DNA of 64,000 nucleotides from Patescibacteria group bacterium (GTDB taxonomy: Bacteria > Patescibacteriota > Doudnabacteria > UBA920): the NCBI GenBank assembly GCA_013387205.1, contig WARV01000010.1, forward strand, positions 765-64,764, in the 5' to 3' direction. The translations under genes were made by a program, and so were the position numbers. This document shows, in pieces, positions 18,467 through 28,211 of the stretch. Under the pieces are notes generated by a model. It saw only the letters and a list, made by a program, of their open reading frames with translations, did no database searches and was not told the DNA's origin. Numbering within the stretch: the stretch's first letter is position 1; each line of letters begins with the position of its first letter.

Positions 18467-18772
18467 TTATTCAACTATTGCTAACACATCAGATTCATCC
18501 TTTTCTTTTCCGACGTAAAGAATTTTGTATTCGTTCTTCTTGCCGTCTTCATCCATTTCAACTTCATCGCCGGCATACTTGCCAAACACTACAGTGTCGC
18601 CGACCTTAAGCCCTAAAGAGGCAATTTCGCTGCCGGTCCCCAGTTCCATAATTTTTCCCTGGGCTTTTTTTTCTTTATCTGCAGTGTCCGGCAAAACAAT
18701 CCCGCTCTTGGTTACTTCCTCGCTTGAGAGCTGTTTTACCAGGATCCGGTTTCCTAAAGGTTTTACTTTCAT
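18467..18772 (-). CDS. groS: co-chaperonin GroES
   Basis: 101 aa; canonical GroES. Confidence 0.95.
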   Translation of the reverse strand: MKVKPLGNRILVKQLSSEEVTKSGIVLPDTADKEKKAQGKIMELGTGSEIASLGLKVGDTVVFGKYAGDEVEMDEDGKKNEYKILYVGKEKDESDVLAIVE

Positions 18773-18788
18773 AATTTCTCCGAAATCT

Positions 18789-18899
18789 CTACTAAATACT
18801 AAAAGGTACTAAATATACTAAAATATCATCAAAAAGGCTTAATTGATACCGCTATTGATTTTTGATTTAGTATCTTTAGTATTATTTCGTATTTAGTAG
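18789..18899. repeat. family A palindromic element in the groES 5' UTR
   Basis: Same termini as the other A copies. Confidence 0.7.
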
Positions 18900-18935
18900 A
18901 AGCATTAATTTTCCTAATTTATTTTATAGCAACAC

Positions 18936-18962
18936 TTAGCACTCTGTCAAGCTGAGTGCTAA
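18936..18962. promoter_or_regulatory. CIRCE operator (HrcA binding site)
   Basis: Perfect TTAGCACTC-N9-GAGTGCTAA upstream of groES. Confidence 0.85.
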
Positions 18963-19008
18963 TATGTGATAAAAATCCTCTTTCCCCTGCGTCATGTTAT
19001 AATATCAC

Positions 19009-19747
19009 TATGAATGACAGTTATCAAGACGGCCAAGCTGCCCAAAAATATTTAAAATTCCTGGAGTCAAAAAACGGGAAAATACAGCAAAGCGTACTAA
19101 TTGACGCCCTTTTAAATGCGCTTCCCCAAAACCGGCAGCAAAAAATTTTAGATGCATGCTGCGGCTCTGGCTGGTTGACTTCCCGGCTTTTACAGGATTT
19201 TCCCGAAACTTCAGGCTTTGATTCTTCCAAAGAACTTATTGCTTTTGCCCAAAAAAAATATCCGAACATAAACTTTTCCATTGCCGATGCCGCAAATAAT
19301 CTTCCCTACGAAAAAGATTTTTTTGATGTAGTTATTTTAAACATGGCCGCGCCAGATTTGGAAAACCTGCACCAATCTTTCCAAAACCTTTCCGCCATAC
19401 TAAAAAACAATGGACGTTTTACAATGACCATCCCAAATCCTTATTACACATATCCGGTAGCGGTATGGAAGCGCAGCTTTGCGGATTTTATCCAATTTAA
19501 AAAACCTTCATTAAAAATTCAACTTCCGTATTTCCAGGCGCAGGCAATTGAAAGGGAGTTTGGCAAGGGCAATAAAATTTCTTCCCATTTCTATCCCCTG
19601 TCTTCGTATTTGAATGCGGCAAAAGATGCCGGTTTGAAACTGAAAGAAATTAAAGAAATTAAAAGCGTAATTGATAGCCAAAAATTCGACCTGCAATACC
19701 AGCTCTACAGGTATCCGTTGATATTATTGGTAGAATTTACGAAATAA
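19009..19747 (+). CDS. class I SAM-dependent methyltransferase
   Basis: Motif I ILDACCGSGWLT. The start is probably MNDSYQ; the track ORF starts earlier at 18956. Confidence 0.7.
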
Positions 19748-19757
19748 CCTCTTCTCT

Positions 19758-19868
19758 CTACTAAATACTAAAAAGTACTAAACATACTAAAGCTATATAC
19801 CAGTATTGATATCAGTTAAGTCTATTTGATGATATTTAGTACATTTAGTATTAATTAGTATTTAGTAG
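19758..19868. repeat. family A palindromic element between convergent genes
   Basis: Termini ctactaaatactaa / ttagtatttagtag. Confidence 0.7.
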
Positions 19869-19879
19869 AAAGATTAGTA

Positions 19880-20791
19880 TTATCCAAAAAACATCCTCAA
19901 CAAATCCTGCTGCTTACTTAACGGATGGAATGATAGTTCGTCATCTTTAACCACAATAAACTTTTCCTGGCGGATTTTGGGAAGCTGCCAGCTTTTTAAT
20001 ATTACCTCAAAACTCGCGCCAAACTTGTTATCAAAAATTCTTTCCAAAAATTTCTGGTATCGCGATGCTTTATCCTGGATGCAGAAAAACGTAACATTTG
20101 GAAAAAAAATATTAATCCAGCTTAGGTTTTTCATTTGAAAATCGTAAATAGCGCTGGCAAAAACCAAAGGGCGGAGCTTGGCATATTCCCAAGCCGTGTA
20201 TAAATTCCTAAAGCCATCCATTTGTTTTTGCCCCACTATATAATGGTTCAGGCAGAACCGGTTGGAAATTTTATTCCCATGCCGCCTTAAACCTAAAAAT
20301 TGGAAATAAGCCGTTATCAAAGTCCTTGCCAACCATAAAAATTTGTGAGATACGATAATGAACAAGTCGATATCTGAATTTGGTTTTTGAAATCCCTGTG
20401 CCTGGCTGCCGGTTAAACCTACTCCCCTTATGAACGGAATGAGCCTAAGGCCCGAAATGTATTTCCTGATTAATTTTTCCCTGATAATCCCGTAGCTATA
20501 ATTTTGCAGCCTTTTTTCTACAATTTCCCGCTTTCCCGGCAAATAATAAAATCCTTTATCATTTAAAACTTGGCTGCCGCACTCAGTATCCAAGCATTTT
20601 AAAACATCGCTGATTGATACTTGGCTGGAATTTTGTTGTAGATTAATATCATTTAATTCCCATTGGCTGTCGAGTGAAGTTTTAAGGTCTGTTGTTTCGG
20701 AAATTAAAAAACGATGGAGTTCCAAAAGGGTCAAAGGAGTCTCCATTAAATCAAAAAAACGCAAAGTTGAAAGGATACGATTTTTTAACAT
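19880..20791 (-). CDS. nucleotidyltransferase-domain protein (Pol beta superfamily)
   Basis: G-S-x9-13-D-x-D-like motif GSQAQGFQKPNSDIDLFIIV. Confidence 0.45.
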   Translation of the reverse strand: MLKNRILSTLRFFDLMETPLTLLELHRFLISETTDLKTSLDSQWELNDINLQQNSSQVSISDVLKCLDTECGSQVLNDKGFYYLPGKREIVEKRLQNYSYGIIREKLIRKYISGLRLIPFIRGVGLTGSQAQGFQKPNSDIDLFIIVSHKFLWLARTLITAYFQFLGLRRHGNKISNRFCLNHYIVGQKQMDGFRNLYTAWEYAKLRPLVFASAIYDFQMKNLSWINIFFPNVTFFCIQDKASRYQKFLERIFDNKFGASFEVILKSWQLPKIRQEKFIVVKDDELSFHPLSKQQDLLRMFFG

Positions 20792-20881
20792 ATTACTAGT
20801 CCACTAATTCTCGAATAAACACTAATTACACTAAGTAGTTTCGTGATATTAGTGATGATTAGTGTATTAGTGGATGGGTAA

Positions 20882-21229
20882 TTATAAGCCTAACTTGTCC
20901 AGTGTTATTTCTTCCCACTCGTCAAAATCAACTTCCTTGAAGACACGAAGTTTATGCGAAAATTGGTCTTGAGAAAACTTATATTCTGTCCTGGCAGTAT
21001 CGCCCATCCGGTGCGAATAATGCTCTTTCTTTTCCAAAACAACAGGATGGTTTTCGCGTACTAGTTTATACCTGTCGCCGCTTGGATGGGTGAATATTAA
21101 AATATCCTGGGCCCCGCGCTTCTGCGGGCCGTCCTCAGTTTCGACCATAATATCTTCCGTTCTTAAGCTAACATCGGAAAAATTATTCTTGGCCGCCTCC
21201 ACTAATTGTTCCCATTTTTCATTTGTCAT
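20882..21229 (-). CDS. hypothetical protein
   Basis: 115 aa ORF; no recognised family. Confidence 0.35.
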   Translation of the reverse strand: MTNEKWEQLVEAAKNNFSDVSLRTEDIMVETEDGPQKRGAQDILIFTHPSGDRYKLVRENHPVVLEKKEHYSHRMGDTARTEYKFSQDQFSHKLRVFKEVDFDEWEEITLDKLGL

Positions 21230-21230
21230 A

Positions 21231-21305
21231 GGTTACAGATTACGAATAATTTACAGATGTACGGATTACGGATCTGTATATCTGTACAAAATCCGTAATC
21301 TTTAA
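21231..21305. repeat. family C palindromic element (ggttacagattacg ... cgtaatctttaacc)
   Basis: Inverted halves around gattacggatctgtatatctgtac. Second copy at 54119..54210. Confidence 0.6.
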
Positions 21306-21310
21306 CCTGA

Positions 21311-21604
21311 TTACTGCGTAAGGCTGCCGCCGTAAATTCCGCCTAAGGTGGAAAGGGATTTCATTACCATTGGCAAAAGCACGGCCATAGCCAAAATCGG
21401 CAGTACAATTAAAACGAGAGTAATGTACAATTGCCATTGCATGTATTTTTTCGTCTTGCGTGAGTTTTCTAAAATTTCTGCCAACATTTCCCTGTCCTCC
21501 GACTTGTCCGACGTAGCTTTAGCGAAGTCGGAAGCCTTGGCGAAGGAGGATTCTTGGCCCATTACTTGCCCTTGCTGCACATTTTCCATTTGATTTGTTT
21601 CCAT
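21311..21604 (-). CDS. small membrane protein (97 aa) with an in-frame GC-rich repeat insert
   Basis: C-terminal TM helix. RBS AAGGAGAGGGGA lies inside a hairpin (cctctcct-atgat-aaggagagg). The insert at 21488..21545 shares an 18 bp core with the fpg insert. Confidence 0.4.
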   Translation of the reverse strand: METNQMENVQQGQVMGQESSFAKASDFAKATSDKSEDREMLAEILENSRKTKKYMQWQLYITLVLIVLPILAMAVLLPMVMKSLSTLGGIYGGSLTQ

Positions 21605-21781
21605 AAGTTTTATCCCCTCTCCTTATCATAGGAGAGGGAGGGTGAGGTTATTATTCTTATCTTTATTTTACCATACCAGCCAATTGACAAAAAGCCGCTT
21701 TAATTATACCCTAAATTGACGCCAAAAGCGCCAAATCAAAACCATAGCTGACGGCGGAAAGCCTAAGCAACTGGAGGATAT

Positions 21782-22324
21782 ATGCAAGAAACGGTCATTG
21801 AAACGTTCAAGGAATGGCTTCTTGAACAAACCGAGAAAACCGTAGTTGTGCGCACGTGGATTTATGAAGAGGCAGGGAAATCTGCAGCGTTCGAATCCTA
21901 CCTGTTCTTCAGACAAAAGGATGGTATTCTGTTCGGGGTGCTGTCGTCTCAATCCTTAAAACCAGTGACCCCGCATCATCAACAGTTAGGTCCAATCCCC
22001 TACGATCATCCAGGATTGGATCAAGAACTCCGCAAATGGATCCGCATGCGATGCGACGACTTCTTGGACTGCGAACAGGTTGTAACTGTCCGCCAAGCAA
22101 ACAACAGCATCACCAGCGCTGGTACCTTCTCGCCAGAGATTCCGTACGTCTTCGGAATGCTATTTGCAGAAATAAAGGGGTTCGTCGACAATCCCAAGAC
22201 ATCTCAGAGCGAACGCTTTTTGATGCAAACAGTTGTCAACCGTTTGTCTGGTTTCCTGAACGAACAGTTCAGTAAGTTCAAGCAAGCTAAACAGCAACTA
22301 CTCGAGGTCGTTTCCTCTATGTAG
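21782..22324 (+). CDS. hypothetical protein in a GC-rich islet (about 50% GC)
   Basis: 180 aa; RBS GGAGGA; followed by a strong terminator. No recognised family. Confidence 0.45.
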   Translation: MQETVIETFKEWLLEQTEKTVVVRTWIYEEAGKSAAFESYLFFRQKDGILFGVLSSQSLKPVTPHHQQLGPIPYDHPGLDQELRKWIRMRCDDFLDCEQVVTVRQANNSITSAGTFSPEIPYVFGMLFAEIKGFVDNPKTSQSERFLMQTVVNRLSGFLNEQFSKFKQAKQQLLEVVSSM

Positions 22325-22326
22325 CA

Positions 22327-22365
22327 AAAGCCCGCGGCGCGCATTTTGCGCCGCGGGCTTCTTTC
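22327..22365 (+). terminator. rho-independent terminator
   Basis: Hairpin aaagcccgcggcgc-gcattttgc-gccgcgggctt followed by ctttc. Confidence 0.6.
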
Positions 22366-22414
22366 ACCCTTCGGGTGATCACCCGAAGGGTGACTATATT
22401 CTAAATTCTAGATT

Positions 22415-23407
22415 CTACTTTTGGCATTTCGGGCAAAACGAACCGGTGCGTCCGCCAATCTTCATCGACTGGATTACTGTGCCGCAAACTTTACATTTCT
22501 CCCCTGCCCGGCCGTAAACGAAATGAAATTTTCCCATTTGCCCCCAAGAGCCATCTGTCCTTATAAAATCCCCAACCGACGAGCCCTTAGCTTTAATCGC
22601 CTGCTTTAAAACTTTTTGAATGTTTTGATAAATACCCCTTAATTCTTGATTCTTAATACTTGATACTTTCCTGTCCGGCCTGACTTTGGCATGAAATAAA
22701 ATCTCATCGCTATAAATATTGCCAATCCCCGCCACTACTTTTGGATCCATCAAAACCTGTTTGATTTTCCCCTTCGGACGTTTTTTCACGGCCGTGAAAA
22801 AACGTCCCCATATGAATTCTTTGTTTAACGGCTCGGGGCCGTATTCCGAAAGTTCTCTAACTTGATCAATCTCATTATCGCGCACCAATTTTAAATACCC
22901 AAACTTACGTACGTCGTTAAAATACAAAGTTGATCCATCTGTAAATTTAAATATCACGTGCGTGTGCTTGCTTGGCAACTGGACCAATGGAGCATTAGAT
23001 GAATTAATCAGGCGATATTTTCCACCAGTTTTTTGCCGCAGTTTTTTATCCTCAAAAATAAACTGCCCGGTCATTTTTAAATGTGCCAAAATAGAAAGCG
23101 ATCCGCTTGTCCGACGTAGCCTTGCATTGCCCGCCGAAGCTTTATGCGAAGGCTGGGGCGAAGTTGGAGATAAATCAAAAATCAAAAGTTTGGCCCTGCG
23201 CTTAACCGACAAAATCTTTTTTCCAATCAGCAAATCAGAAAATTTTTTTACCTGGCCATTTTTGACTTTCCTGACATTACTAACGACATCCGGTCCAATT
23301 TGCACCATCTTTGGCGCATTAACAAAAACCGACTTAATAGCCTTGTTTTTTAGCTTTTTATTTAGTTCATTTACAATGGTTTGGACTTCTGGGAGTTCAG
23401 GCATCAA
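22415..23407 (-). CDS. mutM: formamidopyrimidine-DNA glycosylase (Fpg/MutM) with an inserted repeat
   Basis: N-terminal MPELPEVQT; C-terminal zinc finger CKVCG...GRTGSFCPKCQ. An in-frame 26 aa GC-rich insert (SPTSPQPSHKASAGNARLRRTSGSLS) lies at 23086..23165. Confidence 0.85.
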   Translation of the reverse strand: MMPELPEVQTIVNELNKKLKNKAIKSVFVNAPKMVQIGPDVVSNVRKVKNGQVKKFSDLLIGKKILSVKRRAKLLIFDLSPTSPQPSHKASAGNARLRRTSGSLSILAHLKMTGQFIFEDKKLRQKTGGKYRLINSSNAPLVQLPSKHTHVIFKFTDGSTLYFNDVRKFGYLKLVRDNEIDQVRELSEYGPEPLNKEFIWGRFFTAVKKRPKGKIKQVLMDPKVVAGIGNIYSDEILFHAKVRPDRKVSSIKNQELRGIYQNIQKVLKQAIKAKGSSVGDFIRTDGSWGQMGKFHFVYGRAGEKCKVCGTVIQSMKIGGRTGSFCPKCQK

Positions 23408-23882
23408 TTTAGATATTAGATAACTTAATTATACCAATCGCCGCACAATTGACAAAATAACCTATAAATGAGAAAATGGTTAGTCGCTGATGTTTGCATG
23501 CCTTAAATGATATCCCGAAAGGATGAATAGTTTTTTGTTCTAAGTTTAAGGCGGTTTGATGTTACGACGGCGACAAAAGACCTGAATAAGGCTTGGCGAG
23601 AAAAAGTCAAAAGAGGAAAGCAATTCTCCAAGTTTTGGCGTGTGAGGTTATGTATTTGAGGCAGGCGGCACTGCCGGAAAATGAGACCAAAACCACTATC
23701 TTCCTCTACGCGAGGATAAAAAGCACGACATGGGAACCGCAAGAACCATGTAGCCGCAATAGTTTTTATTGCGGGTGCTGCCAAAACCAACCTGAAGATC
23801 GCGTTTAAAAATTCTTTAAATTAAAAAATTTTTGAAATACCCAGCGGCACATCTTCAGGACAACGAGAACCTAATCCCGCTC

Positions 23883-23912
23883 GCCACCACCCTTTAAGGT
23901 GGTGGCTTTTTC
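23883..23912 (+). terminator. strong rho-independent terminator with no upstream plus-strand gene
   Basis: Hairpin gccaccacc-ctttaa-ggtggtggc followed by ttttt. Confidence 0.55.
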
Positions 23913-24053
23913 ATTTTATTGACAATATCATGTTATTGATATATATTAATCTATCAATTGCGGTTTGCGGAGTAAGCGTTTCTAGTGCTTATTCCGCTGC
24001 CCGCAAGAGCAGCCTGCCTTTGGCAGACTTCGTCTACCTAGACGTTAAACGAG

Positions 24054-24440
24054 GTGGAAAAGATGAGTGAGGTCGAGAATCCTCTCACCAAATTACATCA
24101 GTTAACCCGCACAACCGAGCAGCAACTTTGCCAAAATGCGGGAATGATTGCTAAAGCATTAGCAGCTTTAGGGCCCTGCAATCTACCTATGGACTACCAA
24201 GTCCGGAAGGTTGCTGGCAAACCCCGACTCCAACGACGGAATAAGAGATGTCACGAAGGAGTCCCTTACAAACACGCTTTTACGGTATATCCGGAAATCC
24301 GGGTGCCAATCTACGACGCTCTCTGCATAGCTGAAGATGTAGAGGCTGGTTTGATTGACCAAGTTGTCGTCGAACTACAGACAATGCAGAAAGCTGAAAC
24401 CGTGCTCGCAAAAGCAGTGGCTAGACTGAAGTTGATGTAG
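24054..24440 (+). CDS. hypothetical protein in a GC-rich islet (about 52% GC)
   Basis: 128 aa; RBS GAGGTGGAAAAG before ATG. Confidence 0.45.
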   Translation: MEKMSEVENPLTKLHQLTRTTEQQLCQNAGMIAKALAALGPCNLPMDYQVRKVAGKPRLQRRNKRCHEGVPYKHAFTVYPEIRVPIYDALCIAEDVEAGLIDQVVVELQTMQKAETVLAKAVARLKLM

Positions 24441-24927
24441 GATTTTTCAGACTTGAAAGTTCAGTTTTTCAGTATTCCATCTTCCGTATTCCGTTTTCCG
24501 TCATGCAATAATGATTGCGTTCTTGGGTAGACGCAAGCAGGAGGAGGAATATACCCAATTATTATGCAAAAAATAGAACATCGTTCTATGGATAATGCAA
24601 AAAGATCATGAAAGCCCGCTAGAGGAACCAGATGTGTTTCTCGCGGGCTTTTCATATTGAAAATATTCCCATTCTCCGTCATAATAAGTATAATGGTTTT
24701 TGGTTAAATTACAGGGTGTTATCCAAACGGCTAAATCGATTATTTACTGCGTTTTAGCCGTTCTCCTTCCCTGTAAAGGGAAGGTGGCTTGCGAAAACAA
24801 GCCGGAAGGGTATGACAATAATTTGATACCACCTCCCTCCACTTTTACGTGGAGTACTCCTCCTTAGAAAGGAGGAGAGAAGGTTACACCAGCACCCAGT
24901 TCGCAATAACGATAACGTTAAAATGAT

Positions 24928-26433
24928 ATGCAGAATTTTTTAAAGTCCATACCCCATAAATTCACGGCCAAGGAAGAGCAGATTTTGCAAAAGGCTTTTG
25001 AATTTGGCAATAATGCCCACAAAGGCCAAAAGCGCAAAAACGGCGACGACTATTTCACGCATCCGGTCGGCGCTTCAATTATTTTAGGGCAAATTTTCCC
25101 GGATACCCCAACCTTAGCCGCCACCCTCCTTCACGACGTACCAGAAGACACGGGCATGTCTTTGGAAACAATCGAGAAAGAGTTCGGCAAGGAAGTCGCC
25201 AGGCTGATTGACGGCGTCACTCAGCTCGGCCACGTCAGGTTCAAAAGCAGCAAGGACAAATACTACGTGGAAAATTTGCGTAAACTGTTCATTGCCACCA
25301 GCCAGGACATCCGGGTTATTTTAATCAAGCTTGCCGACCGCTTGCACAATATGCGGACCATAGAATTCATCCCTCCGGAAAAACAGAAAAAAGTGGCCAT
25401 GGAAACTTTGGAGATGTATTCCCCTATTGCCGGCAGGCTTGGCATAGGAGCCTGGAAAGACGAGCTGGAAGATTTGTCTTTTAAAATTGTCTTTCCCAAG
25501 GAATTCGAGGAAACAAAAAAACTTCTGGAAGACGAGCTAAAAAAACGAAATGAAAATTTAAAAGACATGCAAAAGCGCCTGGGCCACACTTTGCGTACCG
25601 AAGGGATCAAATATTTGGAAATTACCGGCCGCGTCAAACGCCTTTATTCTTTATATAATAAACTCAAGCGCTACAAAGGCGACATAAGCAAGATTTACGA
25701 TATCATGGCCTTAAGGATCATTACCAAATCCACCGCAGATTGCTATGCTGTCTTAGGCGCCATTCACAAACACTTCCAGCCCGTACCGAACAGAATTAAA
25801 GATTTTATCGCCACGCCAAAACCCAATGGCTACCAGAGCATACATACTACAGTTTTCGACAAGAACGGCAGCATTATGGAAATCCAAATCCGCACGGATT
25901 TGATGCACGAAGAGGCCGAGCGCGGAATTGCCGCCCACTGGTTTTATTCGGAAGAAGGCAAGCCGGAAAACAGCGGCCCAATGAAGCCTTCCTGGATTGC
26001 CGAGCTTCAGGCCTGGCACGAAGAAGACACTAACCCGGACGAATATTTGGAAAGGTTGAAAATAGATTTTTTCCGCGACCGCATTTTCGTGTTCACGCCC
26101 AAAGGCGACATTAAAGATTTGCCGCACGGCGCCACGGTTATAGATTTTGCCTTTGCCGTGCATAGCGATTTAGGCTACCACATGATGGGCGCCAAGATAA
26201 ACGGAAAGATGGCCAGCATCTACGACGAGCTTTCCCAGGAAGACGTGGTAGAAATTATAAAGAGCAAAAAGCCGGCAACTATTTCCCGCGACTGGCTGGA
26301 CGCGGCCAAAACCAGTGGCGCGCGCAACAAAATCCGCCACTACCTGAACGAGCATGATAAAGGGATAATCCAAAGGGTAAAAGAACTCAAGCTACAGGAT
26401 TTCAAAATTGCGAGGTTTTTCAGAAAGAAATAG
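24928..26433 (+). CDS. RelA/SpoT-family (p)ppGpp synthetase/hydrolase (RSH)
   Basis: HD domain (HDVPEDT), synthetase domain (RIKDFIATPKPNGYQSIHTTV) and TGS domain. Confidence 0.9.
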   Translation: MQNFLKSIPHKFTAKEEQILQKAFEFGNNAHKGQKRKNGDDYFTHPVGASIILGQIFPDTPTLAATLLHDVPEDTGMSLETIEKEFGKEVARLIDGVTQLGHVRFKSSKDKYYVENLRKLFIATSQDIRVILIKLADRLHNMRTIEFIPPEKQKKVAMETLEMYSPIAGRLGIGAWKDELEDLSFKIVFPKEFEETKKLLEDELKKRNENLKDMQKRLGHTLRTEGIKYLEITGRVKRLYSLYNKLKRYKGDISKIYDIMALRIITKSTADCYAVLGAIHKHFQPVPNRIKDFIATPKPNGYQSIHTTVFDKNGSIMEIQIRTDLMHEEAERGIAAHWFYSEEGKPENSGPMKPSWIAELQAWHEEDTNPDEYLERLKIDFFRDRIFVFTPKGDIKDLPHGATVIDFAFAVHSDLGYHMMGAKINGKMASIYDELSQEDVVEIIKSKKPATISRDWLDAAKTSGARNKIRHYLNEHDKGIIQRVKELKLQDFKIARFFRKK

Positions 26434-26546
26434 CGCGATCCGAATCAACGAATACCCCGAAGGGGTCCATTTGGGACATCCGAATGCTCCGAATAAAAGA
26501 ACAGCGGTTCGATATTAAAATAATTCAAAACTTGAAAATAACCAAA

Positions 26547-26663
26547 AACAACGGCTAAAACCTAATATTCTTAGGTTTTAGCCGTTGTTTTATACCACCC
26601 CCTCCTTTGACAAGGGGGTTATATAAAAGTCCTATATGTCGTATTCGACATATAGGACTTTTA
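26547..26663 (+). terminator. three consecutive perfect hairpins downstream of the RSH gene
   Basis: aacaacggctaaaacctaa-tattc-ttaggttttagccgttgtt; cccccT...Aggggg; aaaagtcctatatgtcg-tatt-cgacatataggactttt. Confidence 0.5.
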
Positions 26664-26688
26664 AGGCAAATCTTATTTCTATCAGCGA

Positions 26689-27291
26689 CTAGAACATTAT
26701 ATCTTCTTCCGCTCGCTTGTATGCGTGTATTTCTTCCGGTTTAAACCACAAGTTGATTTCGTTATTTGCTTCTTCCGGGGTTTCGGAGGCATGCATGATG
26801 TTATGGATAGCACGGCGTTCGACATTAGCAACTGACGGGGAGTCTACGGAGTAATCACCGCGGATAGTTCCCATTTCCGCAAACACCGGCAAGGTGTGGC
26901 CTGCCAATTTGCGAATCATGTCAATTGCGTGGATACCCTGGATAACCATAGCCACAACCGGCCCGCTGCTTAAATATTCTATCAAGGAAGTCTTCACCAT
27001 TTTGCCGATTTCTTTCGGGTCAGCAGTGCCTTGCGCTTCGATAGGATCTATATTATATTCGGCAAATGTTTTTAAAGTTTTATTGCCCAAGCGTTCCACC
27101 CATTCATCGCTGGTCGGCAAATGTTTTTCCGCATGGTTTGGCGTAGCCTGGACCATTTTTATAGCAATGATTTTCAAACCTCTTCTTTCAATGCGCTGAA
27201 TGACTTCTCCGGTCAACCCCCTCTTTACACCGTCCGGCTTAACCAAAACTAATGTTTTCTCTTCCTTAATTTTTTTATGGATCTCGGTCAT
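26689..27291 (-). CDS. ndk: nucleoside diphosphate kinase (with insert)
   Basis: LVLVKPDGVKRGL and TIRGD...NxxHAS motifs. Confidence 0.75.
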   Translation of the reverse strand: MTEIHKKIKEEKTLVLVKPDGVKRGLTGEVIQRIERRGLKIIAIKMVQATPNHAEKHLPTSDEWVERLGNKTLKTFAEYNIDPIEAQGTADPKEIGKMVKTSLIEYLSSGPVVAMVIQGIHAIDMIRKLAGHTLPVFAEMGTIRGDYSVDSPSVANVERRAIHNIMHASETPEEANNEINLWFKPEEIHAYKRAEEDIMF

Positions 27292-27417
27292 TTATTTGTC
27301 CTATATGTCTTATAAGTCCAATTTGGCTTATTTGACCAATTAAAATTATTTTTTAGATCTTTCGACTCGTCCGCCAACCAGCAGACTCGCTTAGAGGATG
27401 ACAATTGTAAAATAATT

Positions 27418-28176
27418 TTATTTTACAATCGTTACTTTTTGCATCACCACCGGAGTAACCGGTTTGCCGTCTGTCGGGCCCATTTGCGGGATAATATCCA
27501 CCTGTCCGACTTTATCAACCACCTCTTGCCCGGATACCACTTTGCCGAAAATCGTGTAATTGTTCGGCAGAGGCACATCGCCCAGCATTATGAAGAACTG
27601 GCTGGTGTTGGTGTTAGGCCCGGCATTAGCCATGGCCAATACACCTTTTTTATAGCCTTCCTTATAGCTTGGCGTGTTAGGATTCAACTCGTCGGCAAAC
27701 GGTCCGCCAAAAGCGCTGTCTCCCCCGCTGCCAGTACCAGTTGGGTCGCCGCCCTGGATGACAAATCCTTTTGCCACGCGGTGGAAAGTTAAACAGTCAA
27801 AGTATCCGGCATTGGCCAAGCGTAAAAAATTCTCCACGGTCTTTGGCGCGTCTTTGTCATAAAATTCAACTGTGACCTTGCCGAAATCTTTAATGTCAAT
27901 CTCCGCCTGCCTGCCCGCAATGTCCACTTTGGCAGTTTGCAGTTTGTTCTGATCAAAATCCCTTTGGCAGGTATTTTGCGTTGACTGCTCTGCTTTCGGA
28001 GTCTGAACCTGGTTGGCCGGAGTTTCTTGCTGGTTAGAATTTTGGGTTTGTTGCTGCGTTGTGTTCATGCTTGTTTCCTGGCTTTCGCCTTTATTTCTTA
28101 ATTTGGCAACCGCGACAATGGCGCCGGCAGCCAGTAATATGCAAATAATAGATATCGCTAGTGTTTTATTTGACAT
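27418..28176 (-). CDS. cyclophilin-type peptidyl-prolyl cis-trans isomerase, membrane-anchored
   Basis: FHRVAKGFVIQGGDPTGTGSGG and LAMANAGPNTNTSQFFI motifs; N-terminal TM plus a Q/T-rich linker. Confidence 0.85.
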   Translation of the reverse strand: MSNKTLAISIICILLAAGAIVAVAKLRNKGESQETSMNTTQQQTQNSNQQETPANQVQTPKAEQSTQNTCQRDFDQNKLQTAKVDIAGRQAEIDIKDFGKVTVEFYDKDAPKTVENFLRLANAGYFDCLTFHRVAKGFVIQGGDPTGTGSGGDSAFGGPFADELNPNTPSYKEGYKKGVLAMANAGPNTNTSQFFIMLGDVPLPNNYTIFGKVVSGQEVVDKVGQVDIIPQMGPTDGKPVTPVVMQKVTIVK

Positions 28177-28211
28177 CCTTATGTATTTTAATGATTACAA
28201 TGATAATTTTA

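Noticed and set aside
23410-24053. tmRNA, RNase P RNA or SRP RNA in the large noncoding gaps (also 14540..15320, 15700..16200)
   Set aside because: I looked for GGAAAGUCCGG (RNase P), the tRNA-like 3' end with a tag ORF (tmRNA), and the GGAA-tetraloop domain IV (SRP). I found none, so they are left unassigned.
24461-24682. 73 aa minus-strand ORF between the GC-rich orphan and the RSH gene
   Set aside because: It overlaps terminator hairpins, has no RBS and no protein-like composition. The region is better explained as structured noncoding sequence.
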